NCBI RefSeq assembly: GCF_040938485.1
Contig: NW_027271701.1
Coordinates: 186,001 to 250,000, forward strand
Source: Diadema antillarum
Lineage: Eukaryota
Reading direction: 5' to 3'
Length of the DNA: 64,000 nt
The notes beneath the pieces are model-generated. The model saw only the letters and a program-made list of their open reading frames with translations, searched no databases and was not told the DNA's origin. The position numbers and the translations under genes are program-made. Below are positions 11,500 to 23,502 of the stretch, one piece after another (positions within the stretch are counted from its first letter, which is position 1; each line of letters begins with the position of its first letter).

Positions 11500-11755
11500 A
11501 TAAGTAACAAAGCTGCAACAAAGTTCATGCTGTATTCACCAACGGTTTATTTCTTCACACAAATTTTCGAGCGTCTCGCCGCCCTTTCTCAAGTGATGAT
11601 ACTTGATGCCTGTAAAATTGCATAATCACAATGCCCTTTCTTAAGTGTTGATGTATCAACACTTGAGAAAGGGCTGCGAGACGCTCGAAAGTTTGTGTGA
11701 AGAAATAAACCGTTGGTGAATACAGCATGAACTTTGTTGCAGCTTTGTTACTTAT
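11500..11755. mobile_element. ~100-bp-arm inverted repeat; Penelope-like pseudo-LTR foldback with hammerhead-like core
   Basis: Arms 11500-11602 and 11653-11755 are near-perfect reverse complements. Right arm has TTGAGAA-A-GGGC...GCTC-GAAA (11663-11690), then GTGTG and AATAAA. Confidence 0.7.
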
Positions 11756-11788
11756 CTTTTTATCTTGCCAACACGTGGACTACCTTAT

Positions 11789-11790
<2 letters not shown>

Positions 11791-11839
<49 letters not shown>
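11791..11839. repeat. (TA)n microsatellite
   Basis: Uninterrupted AT run. Confidence 0.95.
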
Positions 11840-11841
<2 letters not shown>

Positions 11842-13429
11842 GTATATGTTTACATTAATTCATTGTACATCCTATAGCTGCGTATTATTTGTCATTTTAC
11901 TTTGTTGTATTTTCATTGAGAAATATGAAAATAAATTGAAAATATACAGATGACACTAGTGGCAAAGATTTGAGATTTTTTGAAGTACCTCAATATGCAA
12001 GTTTGATAAATTTATCACACCACTTTTTTATTTCTATATTTACAGATATTCATATTCTTTTTCCATTTTTCAGAACAAAGGGTATCATTGTGAAATAATT
12101 GTGACTATCGATATGCTCTTGCACAAGCTTAGTGAACTACACTATTCACCTTTTGTGTGTGTGTGTGTGATGAAGATGGTGTCTTCCAAATTGATCAAGC
12201 CGAAATAGGTATTTATTTAGTCAACATTAACTTTGCTCATTCTAATAATCCTAACGAAACTGTCTATGGCTAATACACTACATTAAGTACAATGTACATC
12301 TCTTTCAAATTATAATAATTTATTATTACGATGAAAATATTTCCTATTTGCATGCTTTTACAGTATTTCAAAGACAGACATTCTGGGACTGGAATCCATA
12401 TGTCCCATGTAGAAAGGACGGCAGTGCTCAATATTTTCTCGCATCAAAGTATGATAATTTGCCTGAAGAGAAATACAGCATAACAAGCAAATATCTACAT
12501 TGGTGCATATCAGTCAGTTCGCTCTTGCACAAATAATTATGTATTGAATTCCTTCAGGCTTTTTACCAATTTTACTCAATCCGAAAGAATATATTTCGAC
12601 CGTGCATATTTGGGTGGTCGCATATAAATGTGTACAAATAATGTGTGACCATCATACACTTCAAAACATGCACAATTTCATTACAGGCTCTAGGGACACT
12701 AAACAGTACTTGCGTACTCAGATACAATGCTATACATAACAGTGAAAATATTATGGACCATGTCTCCCGACATTTTTTTGTTGTTTCCTAAAGGGGCTTT
12801 ATGCTTTAATTATCCCTGTCTTGCATCAAATATCCTTCCATGGAAACTCCATACTCTATGCGTGTTTGCACGATAAAGAAGACAAATATTAGTCGAAAAA
12901 ATTCTATCAAAAGTAATCTTTGTGAACAGTTTGTTTTTTGTTTCAAGTTTCATGGCACTGGAAATCAAAGAAACAGCATACACGGGGTTGATCCGGATGT
13001 CAATATAACAATAAAGCAATCAACATACAGCATTCAGTGACCTCGTATTAAATCTGTACATGGTGTTCGGTGGTTTCGGCAGCAGGAAACCGAACTGATC
13101 AACAGGAAATTATACATGATGTGGAGTACTTTTAGAATGTTGGACAGGAACACGCATATCGACAAAAACGAAATTCACGCACATAGAGTTTCGTAACAAT
13201 CATGCGAAATGGAGTCCTTATGAATTACCAAATTGCACTAGGTGCCGTTAATAAATGACGAGTGCAATATACTTCTTATTTTAGAGTATAAGTTAAGTTG
13301 TCCTTTGTTTGTATATGGGCTTATTCATTAGATCAACATCTAGGCCTACTGGACTGGGTAGACTATCTTTCTGCGCCAGGGTTTGTAATCTGGCGGAGAT
13401 TTCGACAAAATGATTATCATTCTACAATT

Positions 13430-13439
13430 GTCACGTGAC
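13430..13439. promoter_or_regulatory. GTCACGTGAC palindrome (CLEAR/E-box consensus) 175 bp upstream of the lipocalin 1 ATG
   Basis: Exact 10-bp match to the MiT/TFE CLEAR consensus; function untested. Confidence 0.35.
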
Positions 13440-13614
13440 ATCCTTGTGACCCTGTTTCGTCACCGAGCAATGAAACAATGCTGGTCAGTCCAACGCACCG
13501 CCACGCCTTTAAAGAGCGTTTGGGCTTATGACGCAGTGGAGCTGTATTCGAGTATACCGCAGTGTATTGACGTATCCAACTTCCAGCAGACATTATTAAT
13601 CTTCGAACGAGGTG

Positions 13615-15323
13615 ATGGCGGTCGCACGTGCTGTTTTGCTTCTGGCCCTTCTCGGCCTTACAGCCGCAAAGCCCTTGGGACTTCTCGGAGACTTGTTTTC
13701 TGCTGTTACCGACATCCGCACCGCGCCCGGCATCCACACCGTGCCCGAACTCGACGTCGAACAATATCTGGGACGATGGTATCAGGTAACTTTGAAGGGC
13801 AGTGCCACAACATGTTCAAGTTAACTTTATCAAATAGATAACTGTATCGAGATTGATACAAAACGGACTTCAGATAAACAAAATAATAGAATCTTAAAGT
13901 TTCACGTGTTTTAAAACAAAACAAAAACCGAAAGTGGTATTGGTCGCACCCACATATCGATCCACACCGCAAGATGCGATGATGTCATCACCTCGTAATT
14001 CTCCCACTTTGAGTGTATATACACAAATATCATCTAATTATGTTTTTGTTGAAAATTCAGCAATTACAACCAATATTCACATTTCTAACTTGGCGTCGTT
14101 GTTGCTATAGTCTTTTACGAAACTATACGATAAGTTTGATGCGGAAGATACGTCTTATTATTTTTTTTTTTTCGGTTGCATTGTCGGAGTACATTCGGAG
14201 AACAATATTGCCGAATGTTGGACTTTGCCGTTTTTCGACATTCGCGTCCATCTCAAACTGTTCGCGTGCCCAGTGAAATCATTCACTAAAATCAGTCCTT
14301 TAACTTGGCGTCATAATGATTGCCATAAGCTCTTAAATGAAGATATGTCTCATTTTCGGCTGCATTGTCGAAGTACATTTCGGAGAACAACTTTTCCGAT
14401 GTTGGACTTTGCCATTTTTTCGACATTCGCTTCCATCTCAAAAAGTTCGCGTGCTCAGTTATGAGCCCTTGAACTTGGCGTCATAATTGCTATCGGTAGA
14501 CTTTTAGAAAACTATACATTGATTTAATGACGAGGATACACTACGTCTTATTTTGTTTATATCATATCTAACAAAGGAAGTGTTTATAGTATTGATTTTT
14601 TTTTGTATGTTCAAATCAATGATAGACTCTTAAGTAAGGAAATTGTCATATATGCCAATTTTAGCGTAATGGTTGTGAGTAATATCACTCTTTTGGAAAA
14701 CATTTGAACATTTGAAATTCCATAGCTTTATTTTTCATTAATTTTAATGAAACTTCTATTACTCTTAATTTGTCTGATTAGTACTTTATGTAATTATCAT
14801 ATGATAGTAGGGAATTATCGTGAAATGCACATAGGTGCTAATTTCCAACTTCTGAAGTGTCTTTTGTGTAATAATTGTAGCTTCAAGATTTCCATTGATG
14901 ACCGAAATAAAAGTTATGTAGACTGTCGGAATCATAAAGCATACTGCGTAGCTTGATTCCACAACAAAGTAGGAGTCTCGGCATTGCATTTGCATTATGC
15001 TTTCAGCAGCAAAGATAATGACCTACTTTGGAGTCTAGAATAATCAAACGCTGAAATACTTATCTGAACTGTTTTCTTTTCATCCTACAGATGTTCACTG
15101 ATTTTGTCGTCACCTCTACATTTGAGAGAAATGCGGTGTGTGTTACAGCTGACTGTGAGTTTTCCAGAAACACCCATTATTTTTTGTTTATTTTTTTTTG
15201 TGGTAAATACGTGAACTTTTTTCTTTTCTTTTGTGAAGGAATAATGCCTGTTAAGATGTCACTCTTTCAGTCGAAAGTACGAAAAAGAGGGTTTTCATTA
15301 ATATTATTAATATTATTATTTCA

Positions 15324-15367
<44 letters not shown>

Positions 15368-17141
15368 CATTATTGTTATTATCATTTCGCTCATTGCCTG
15401 AATGGCTGTATTTTTGTTTTAATGCTTCTTCGGGCTAATCTTGAGGAGTGATGTATTTATCTTTGCTGTTATCATTTTGTCTAAACTTGAATTGAATGTG
15501 GAGGGGCTGGTTATCTTATCAGCCCATATATTATTGAGATGAATAGATAAATTGGACAGTGTCGACTTTGTAAAACAGAGAAAAGATTTTATTCGGTGAT
15601 TACAAGTTAAACATGGACGACAAATTGTTAAGGGTTTATAAACGGGAATTGTGTAAAATGACCTCCCGACAATGCTGGGTTGATAGTGGCAGGACCAAAT
15701 GGGGTAGAAAAAAAGTACAACAATGCCGACTCTATGGAGGCCTGTACCCTCGGAAGATATACAATAACAGCTTTCATTACCATTACTCATACAATAAAGT
15801 AGTGTTATATATCATTAGTATTTGTCCTCAACATCACTTCATCATTATTCATGATGAATGGAATTCTATGATATTACTATTAATACCATTGATGATATCA
15901 TTATCATTGTTATGTATTGTTATTAATGTTACAATCCTCTGAAATTGTACATTGAATGGTTATGTACTGTATCTATATGTTAGAACTGCCCTGTGTTCTG
16001 TATATGTGCATGCATCATGCAAACAAAACAAATTTCCAGAAATGGACAGTAAAATCGAATTGAATTGAGGTGAATTGATTTGAATTGTCACTTTTTCATG
16101 AACGATGAGTTAGATCATCATAAATAAGTATCTAAGACATAACCAGATCTTAACCATCTCTATTTCTATAGATGGACTTAACGGGCCAGGAAACATTTCC
16201 GTGTACAACGCGAACAGGGAGAAGACACCCGACGGTGACCTGAACGACATCCGGGGCTATGCAACTGTTCCCGACCCAAGCCAACCCGGCAAACTCGAAG
16301 TGAAGTTCGATTCGGTACCGGGTGTATTGGGTCAATGTGAGTCGACGCTTTATTCATTCAATCATGAATTAATGTATTCATTAATTAAAACCAACGGAAT
16401 CCCATTTTCTTTGCTCATTTTTCCACTAATGAATCATATTATTTCTGGTCAGTTTTCTTCTGTCTGCATGTGTTACATCAATAAAAAATGTCAACAAACC
16501 ATCACATTTTTCATTTGTTACATCAATAAAAACGTCGACAAACCATCAAATTTTTCATTAATTCATTCCCTCTCTCTAGCTGTCTCCCTCCCTCTGCAAA
16601 TACTTCACACATAATTCTTACGAAATAGACTCTTTCCGGGTTATTCGAGTCATGTTATGTATCAAGTCTAATAAATTTATCTTTCATCTGTTATCACACT
16701 TTGAGAAAGACAACAACAATAACAACAAAAAACACCAGAAAATATAATACGGGTCTAATGAAAATCTGATAGCTGATGCTAATGAAAATAAGTCATAGAA
16801 ATTTCGAAAATGAAACACAATCAATACATGTATGCTATTTTCATACTCTTCATTAAGTTTGTTGTCTCCAGTGATGCTCGCTCTCTGTTCAATTGCATTT
16901 TGCAGACTGGGTGATTCGACTTGGCCCCGTCGTTCAGGGGAAGTACGACTATTCCGTCGTTACGGACTCCTTCAAGATGACCCTCTTCGTCCTAGCTCGA
17001 GACCCGGACAAGTTCCGCACAGATTACCAGGACGATGTCTTGGCCTTCCTTGCGGACCAGGGCTTCACGAGGTTCTACAACCGACCCATCGAGACACTCC
17101 AATCTGAAGACTGTCAGTACGCACCTAAACCGCCAAACTGA
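13615..17141 (+). CDS. Secreted lipocalin 1 (apolipoprotein D/Blc-like), 211 aa, 4 exons
   Basis: Exons 13615-13785, 15091-15154, 16172-16336, 16906-17141; GT/AG, 636 nt. Signal peptide, SCR1 YLGRWYQ, GKLEVKF, YWVIRLGP, TLFVLAR, two Cys. Confidence 0.93.
14086..14555. repeat. Imperfect tandem repeat, ~170-215 bp unit, ~2.4 copies (lipocalin 1 intron 1)
   Basis: AACTTGGCGTC recurs at ~14087, ~14302 and ~14472; the block GCATTGTCG...GTTCGCGTG is shared by units 1 and 2. Confidence 0.8.
15301..15380. repeat. (ATT)n microsatellite
   Basis: Long ATT run; produces the poly-Leu in ORF 15091..15438. Confidence 0.95.
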
Positions 17142-17847
17142 AATAATTATTCATTTCGATGTGATCAGCACAACCGGGCAAACCAATAAAGCAAATATTT
17201 GAAGAAAAAAAAAACCCGACAGATAAAGGACGTCATCAAATTTAAGTATCAGCATCTCATGCATATCAATTTATTATATTTGTATCAAACAGAATCTGAA
17301 TTTCAAGAAATGATTCTGAAATTGCAAACTGGCAATCACGCCAATGTCCTACCATGTAATAAAAAATCATTATCCCCATGCGATTATAGATTATATGTAT
17401 GTCTTGTACTTTGTGTGAATAGTAGTGATTGAAAATGAAGGGATTTTTTTTTGAATTATGTACCTCTACGTTTAAATGCACATATCAAATCAATACAAAT
17501 GACTATATATACTTGACATGACTTTCATCAAATTTACATGTCATTAAATACATGAAAACGACTCATTATCTTTGTATATTATTTCAAACGCAAATAAATA
17601 CCCGGTGTAGTTTGTAACTGGCATTCGTTGTCACCCTGCAATATATTTTTTGTCTCTTTCAACCCTTTGATGTATACAGTATGTTTAACTTCATATTTAA
17701 AATCTACCTGTATTTCGATAAAAAAGTAGTGTCATGTAGGTGCCTAATCCTGTATATACGGATGACATTGTAACGGCAACTGATAATAACAATTGGCTTA
17801 AAGATACGTATATTATACACACATAAGAAATAAACGTAAACAAGTAA

Positions 17848-17882
<35 letters not shown>

Positions 17883-17885
<3 letters not shown>

Positions 17886-18897
17886 TCAGCAAAAATAAGA
17901 AAGTAAACACTTTTTCAAGTTCACATTTCTCATAGAATATTTGGCTAGAAGCTAGTGTACTATATACCATATGAAAGATAATTTAATTGGCTATCACCCA
18001 TGTAGGTCAATAAAAAGGGAAACTTCATGCATGAGTAAACACTTTAGTAAACACCTTCGTTTTTCTCTCCAGAGGCACAAAACTAAAAATATGATTATTG
18101 CAAAAATGAACAAGTTGTCATTCATGCGTAAGTGCTCTTCCATGTAACCTTAAGAACAAACGACAAATTTAACACAATAAAAAACATAAAATCGGTTGTA
18201 AAAAACAAACCTTTGATCTTTACAGTATCTTTGAAGCCCAAAAGATCAATAAAGGCTAAAAATAATGGAGGAAAATGAAGAATCTTCCGTCAAATCCAAA
18301 TTCAAATGAAATGAAAGAGGAATCAATATTAACAAAAATGGTTGGAATTTGAATTGATTGCTAAAATTAGGAAAATTATAAATGATATTTGGTTTTTTAA
18401 TTTGTCTCATGAACTCTTAAATTACTACATCAAAGAATGAAATAAAAATATTATATTCATCTTATCATCATTGTGCCCTTACTTCCTATGTCATTTGAAG
18501 TTTGAATTGACAGAAAATTCTTATTTCCCCCCATTAGTTTCCCACTTTGATTTTGTTTCAGGTTATAAAGAAAAAAGAGTAAGAAAACCTACTTTTGCTA
18601 TTTAAGAATGTCTCTTATTGTGTTAAACTGGTCATTTGTTATCATTGTTATCTTGAAGGGCATTTGCAAATAAAAGAAAACATGCCAATTTTTGCAATTT
18701 TTATTTATGGCCCTTGGAGGACAAAAATGAATGTGTTCACTCATGCGTGAAATATGTCTTGATATTGACCTATTACGTCGATAGCCAATTAAATTACCTT
18801 TAATATGATAAGTAATATATTGATTTTTCATCGAAATTTTCTGTGAAAAATATGAATGCGGAGGAAAAAGTGTTTACTTTCTTTTTTTTTCTGAGTG
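17883..18897. mobile_element. Non-autonomous Tc1/mariner-type element (~1.0 kb) inserted in a (TA)n run
   Basis: TIRs CA(T/C)TCAG.AAAAA..AGAAAGTAAACACTTTTTC at both ends, TA on both flanks; (TA)n at 17850-17882; no ORF. Confidence 0.75.
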
Positions 18898-19862
18898 TAT
18901 ACATTATATAAAGGATTATGATATACATATATACAAGTACTTATACATTTAATATGATATATATAATATGTATGAATATATAACGATAACATTTTGAAAT
19001 ATATCCATTATACACATGCATGATATAATATACGTCATCATAAGAATTGAAGACGGTGTAGGCCTACATGACTCTATGTTATTGATTGTTCAAGCATTAA
19101 AGTCAAAGAGGATGAAATATAGATCTTTGCAAGGCATCCATTTCTTAATGTAAAGAAACCACAAAAGCTGTTCTTAACTTCGAGTCATATACTCCAGCTG
19201 CGCGCATATCCTGCTTGTAAGAAACAAAACAATTCTATTCTCACCACTCTAAGTAATCGGCCTACATGCAGAAAGCGATGTTTGACTGAGTTTGAGGCAA
19301 AACCAGTAGGGATCTAACTCTATACAGAGTGAAAGTTGAGCATGGTATGCTATAATCATAAGCATTTTATAGCACTTTAAGCCAAAGAATAAAAAGACGA
19401 AAAGAATGCAGTAACCTTTATTAAAACACTGAAATTGAAAATTGCACCAAAGCAATAACTGAACAATTTACAATCATAATAAACCTTACTTTGATAGAAC
19501 AGGACGTAACGTGTACCATGCATTCGTTTAACGACTTTAGGACTCTGCTGGATATGAAAGGACCTTTGACACAATTAGGAGACATGGATAGAGAACGTGT
19601 GAATCAAATTCAACAAATATTACGTAATATTGAACTATGGTCCTCCTGACCGGTCATATTGATTAGCCCATCTCTTGGTCAGGGACGTACGCAGATGAAA
19701 TCCCTACCGATTTGATAGACCTATTTCTATAACCTACGTCACAGCATTGTGTAGCGGACAACCTTGATACCTCGACACCCTACCACCAGAGTGCGAATAA
19801 TATATTGTTGCTGAACTTCGCCTATCACACTCTCATTGTAAGCTCTCTGAGGGCACACGGAA

Positions 19863-22800
19863 ATGGCGGTTCCCTTTTTTCTCGTTTGTTTGCTGTCTCT
19901 TCTTTCTGGAGCGACGCCCGCGGCTCTCCGACACTTCCGCGGTAAAAAGGACATCCACACCGTTACAGAACTGAAACTCGACAACTACTATGGCCGCTGG
20001 TATGAGGTGCGTGTGCTTTCTAATATATTTTTAGTATATTTCTAGTATATTTTTGATGAATGTATGTAATATTGATTGATGTTTTGTCATAGAGAGTAAA
20101 TGGTAGTTTAATTGTTATGATGAAAAATATGTGTGATTATGATAATGATCATTTCAGGTAATAAGAAGTAGAGGTTGGTGAAGTTTATAAGGAGGGCGAA
20201 AAGAGAAGATGAAGAAAAAGAATATGAGTAGAGGTTGAAGGAGGGGAAGTGAAGTAGAGGATGGTGAAGTTTATAAGGAGGGCGAAAAGAGAAGATGAAG
20301 AAAAAGAATATGAGTAGATGAAAATGACGTTGATTTTAGTAAGATTTTTGTATAAACATAGGTTATTTATGAAAATAAGGAAAAAGGTGGTAGAAATTGT
20401 TAAATCTTACTAAAATCAATATATTCATTTAGTGCGAAAGAAAGACCAAAAAGCAATGATTTGTTTTGAACTAGATGCGACAGGTCGTGAAATGTTAAAC
20501 TTATTTTCATCAACTTCTTTCATGGGCTTATTAAAGAATGAATAAACTAGAATCGGTAAGATAATACTTCTCTTGTTTACCCTATTTATAAGCCTACACC
20601 TTACAGATTATAGAGGCCTACTACTATGAACACGCCTTGGTCTACACCTATCTTAATATTTCCAGTGTTAAACGGAATGAAATACGTGTAGTTGGGTCTA
20701 CAGGAAGAAATAATTAGGGTGGCCTCGAAAAGGTCTCCCATGTCTGAGAATTTTCAACGAAGTACCACAGATCTGTAAACACTGCGGTATCCTTGTTTGC
20801 ACTATAACTATTTGATGGTCAAGGAATCGACGTTCGATGATCAGGTCATTGCCAATTTATACACTGAGCAGTAGGGTCAGTTGTATAGTGGAAAAAAGCT
20901 GATCACATGACTTCATGACATGTCCCATACACTCAAAGGAAAACAATACAAACACGCTGGAAAATAAGACAACAGGAGACGACTAGAAATTAGATCCATT
21001 TCCCTGAATCTTAACATGATGATCTTATCTCTATGCCCCCAGAAAATCATTAGTAAGTATAGTATAAGGTCTTATTTACCCAGGGTAGCCTCTTCAGTGT
21101 TGCCACTGCTCTACCAGAGGGCCCTGCCATTATTATTATCCTAGCATTGCCGGGTACTCGTACCCATTTATACACCTGGGTCAAGAGGGACATGGTGGGA
21201 AAAACATCTTGTCCAAGGACGTAAGCGCTGGGCGGGACTTGAACTCGGGCCGTGCCGATCGGGAATCGGGAGTCGTATCCACTGTGCCACAGCGCCCCCA
21301 CATACATATTAGACATATAATATGAGTTTGCTAGCAAAATGGGTTAAGCACAAATGTCAAACATTTTAAAGTGAGTCCATCATCAGATGGGCAATATCAA
21401 ACCTTTCCAATTATTAACGGTCTATCACTTGTTGCATAACAAAGAATATTCCTGAAGATATTTGCCAATATTCTTGATTATGATTAAAACTATCCCTTAT
21501 TTTCTAATCATTTTCTGTCTTTAGAACCTCTCGCAAGCGCCTCAAATTGCCAAGAATGGATTTATTTAACTCGTTTTGCAATCAAACTCCTCATTAATGA
21601 TGGCGCAACGTCTCACTTTACTTTGTCCGCCCTTGGAATGATCACTAATCCTATCACGATCTGCAATCGAGAAACAATGATTTACGATCCTATTATAATA
21701 AATAAATGGAGAAATAACAGATGTAAGCCTATATTACAGATTACAACATGATTCATGCTTGAATACATATCAGCTTACGTGGCAATTCCAGTATTGTTCA
21801 ACAACAATTTCTACTTTTTACTGCGTCTCTGTGCAGATGTATTCAGACCTGATCGTCAAGTCAACATTTGAAAGAAACTCATACTGCACCACAGCAACTT
21901 GTAAGTAAACTTATCTTGACTTTAGTCAGATTCATAGACAGTTACAAAGCATACTCTTCTCCAAATGCTGTTAAGGGTTTAAAAAGTTGTAATGTATTTG
22001 AAAAACGTCTATATACACGTTAAGGAGTAGTTAACCATAGGAAGGCAGTTCATCTTCAAACCACCTCGAGTGTCAATACATGATGATTACAAGGCGCGAA
22101 TTATGGACATTAAAAGGAAAGTTATAGTTTGAGCGTTTGGCAAGCATATACGCAGTCATCCTATGTTCAAAGCTCTAGTCCTGCACTTATTATATTAGTG
22201 TCAAAGACACTACAGTAGGATCTTTGTTTTAGTTCAATGTTTCCGTGACTGTATAACGTCTTTTGTAACTGTAATTCTCATAACCACTACATGCATTTCA
22301 AAATAGATTCACAAGTTATGCAGTAAATATGTCCTTGACACTGAAGGATTTTTCTTCTTTCTTTCTTTCTTTCTTCTTTTTTTCATTCAGATGGCAAGGG
22401 AGACAACAATACAGTCACTGTTTTCAACTCCGGCCGCCTCGGCTCGCCCACCGGCTCACCAAGTGAAATCTCTGGCTATGCCTACGTCCCCGACCCGGCG
22501 GAACCGGGCAAACTCAAGCTGAAGTTCCCCAACATTCCCCTCGGCGATTGTAAGTGAATCAAAAATATCTATAATCACACATTTAGCACTTAAGTCAAGT
22601 CAAAACATTTTAGACGTAAAAAAACAAACAAACAAACCCGATGCTTTTTATAGTTTTACTTTAAGTACATGTTTCAAGAAAAGTAAAGTTATTCATAGTA
22701 GCCCCTTACATGTAGGCCTATTTTCTCCGAATAGTTCATATTCAAATTACTTGCTACTCGATTTTTTTTTTCCCTCTGAAAGGACGAATAAGGTAGGTAG

Positions 22801-23502
22801 GCCTAGCCTACAGTTTGTAACGTTTGCTACTGCAAAATTTCCTCCGTGCTAGTAGGCCTATATTTATCCGGGCATCTTGTATGGCGTTTAAAGGTTTACA
22901 CATTGTACACTTGTATCTGCTAAGATTTCCAATCTTCACATATATTCAACTATAAATTATATGCTACGAGATACAGACGAAACATGAATGTGATATTCGA
23001 ATAAGGAAATGGTGCAGAGCTTAAATTTCCCCAAATAGAAAGTCTCCAATCAAAAAAAAAAACAAAAACAAAATGAAGAACAGACAAATCTTATCAAGTA
23101 AGTCTGACTTTGTATAAAATTGTCAACAATCACATTATGAGAATGATGCATTATATTCATGATTATAAATGTGGATGTATAGTGCAGAATAAGTCTTGAC
23201 ATATACACAATCACCAAATATGCTTTGTAAACATTGCATCCCTATTTCTGTCCTACATGCAACCAGACTGGGTAGTGGCCCTGGGTCCTGTGGAGAATGA
23301 CCAGTACCAATACAGTGTGGTCACTGAGCCCAGTATGCTGCAGCTCTTCATCCTCGCCCGGGACCCCGCAGACTTCCGCCAGAAGTACCAGGACCAGGTC
23401 CTGGATCTCGTGAAGGATATGGGCTTCACACGGTTCTGGAACAAGCCTATGATCACGTACCAAGGATCAGACTGCATCTACCCTGACCCGCCGGAGTTGT
23501 AG
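19863..23502 (+). CDS. Secreted lipocalin 2 (paralogue of lipocalin 1), 200 aa, 4 exons
   Basis: Exons 19863-20006, 21837-21900, 22391-22549, 23267-23502; same intron positions and phases as lipocalin 1, 603 nt. Motifs YYGRWYE, GKLKLKF, YWVVALGP, LFILARDP. Confidence 0.93.
20164..20318. repeat. Direct duplication of a ~70-bp purine-rich segment
   Basis: GAAGTAGAGG.TGGTGAAGTTTATAAGGAGGGCGAAAAGAGAAGATGAAGAAAAAGAATATGAGTAGA occurs twice (~20165 and ~20251). Confidence 0.9.
21060..21299 (-). mobile_element. tRNA-derived SINE with CORE/Deu-like central domain
   Basis: Minus strand head GGGGGCGCTGTGGCACAGTGG (A box) and GAGTTCAAGTCC (B box), then GTCCTTGGACAAG...GACCCAGGTGTATAAATGGGTAC and an A-rich tail. 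Confidence 0.8.

Noticed and set aside
15091-15438. 115-aa ORF with poly-Leu
   Set aside because: Only the first 64 nt are lipocalin exon 2; the rest is intron with (ATT)n.
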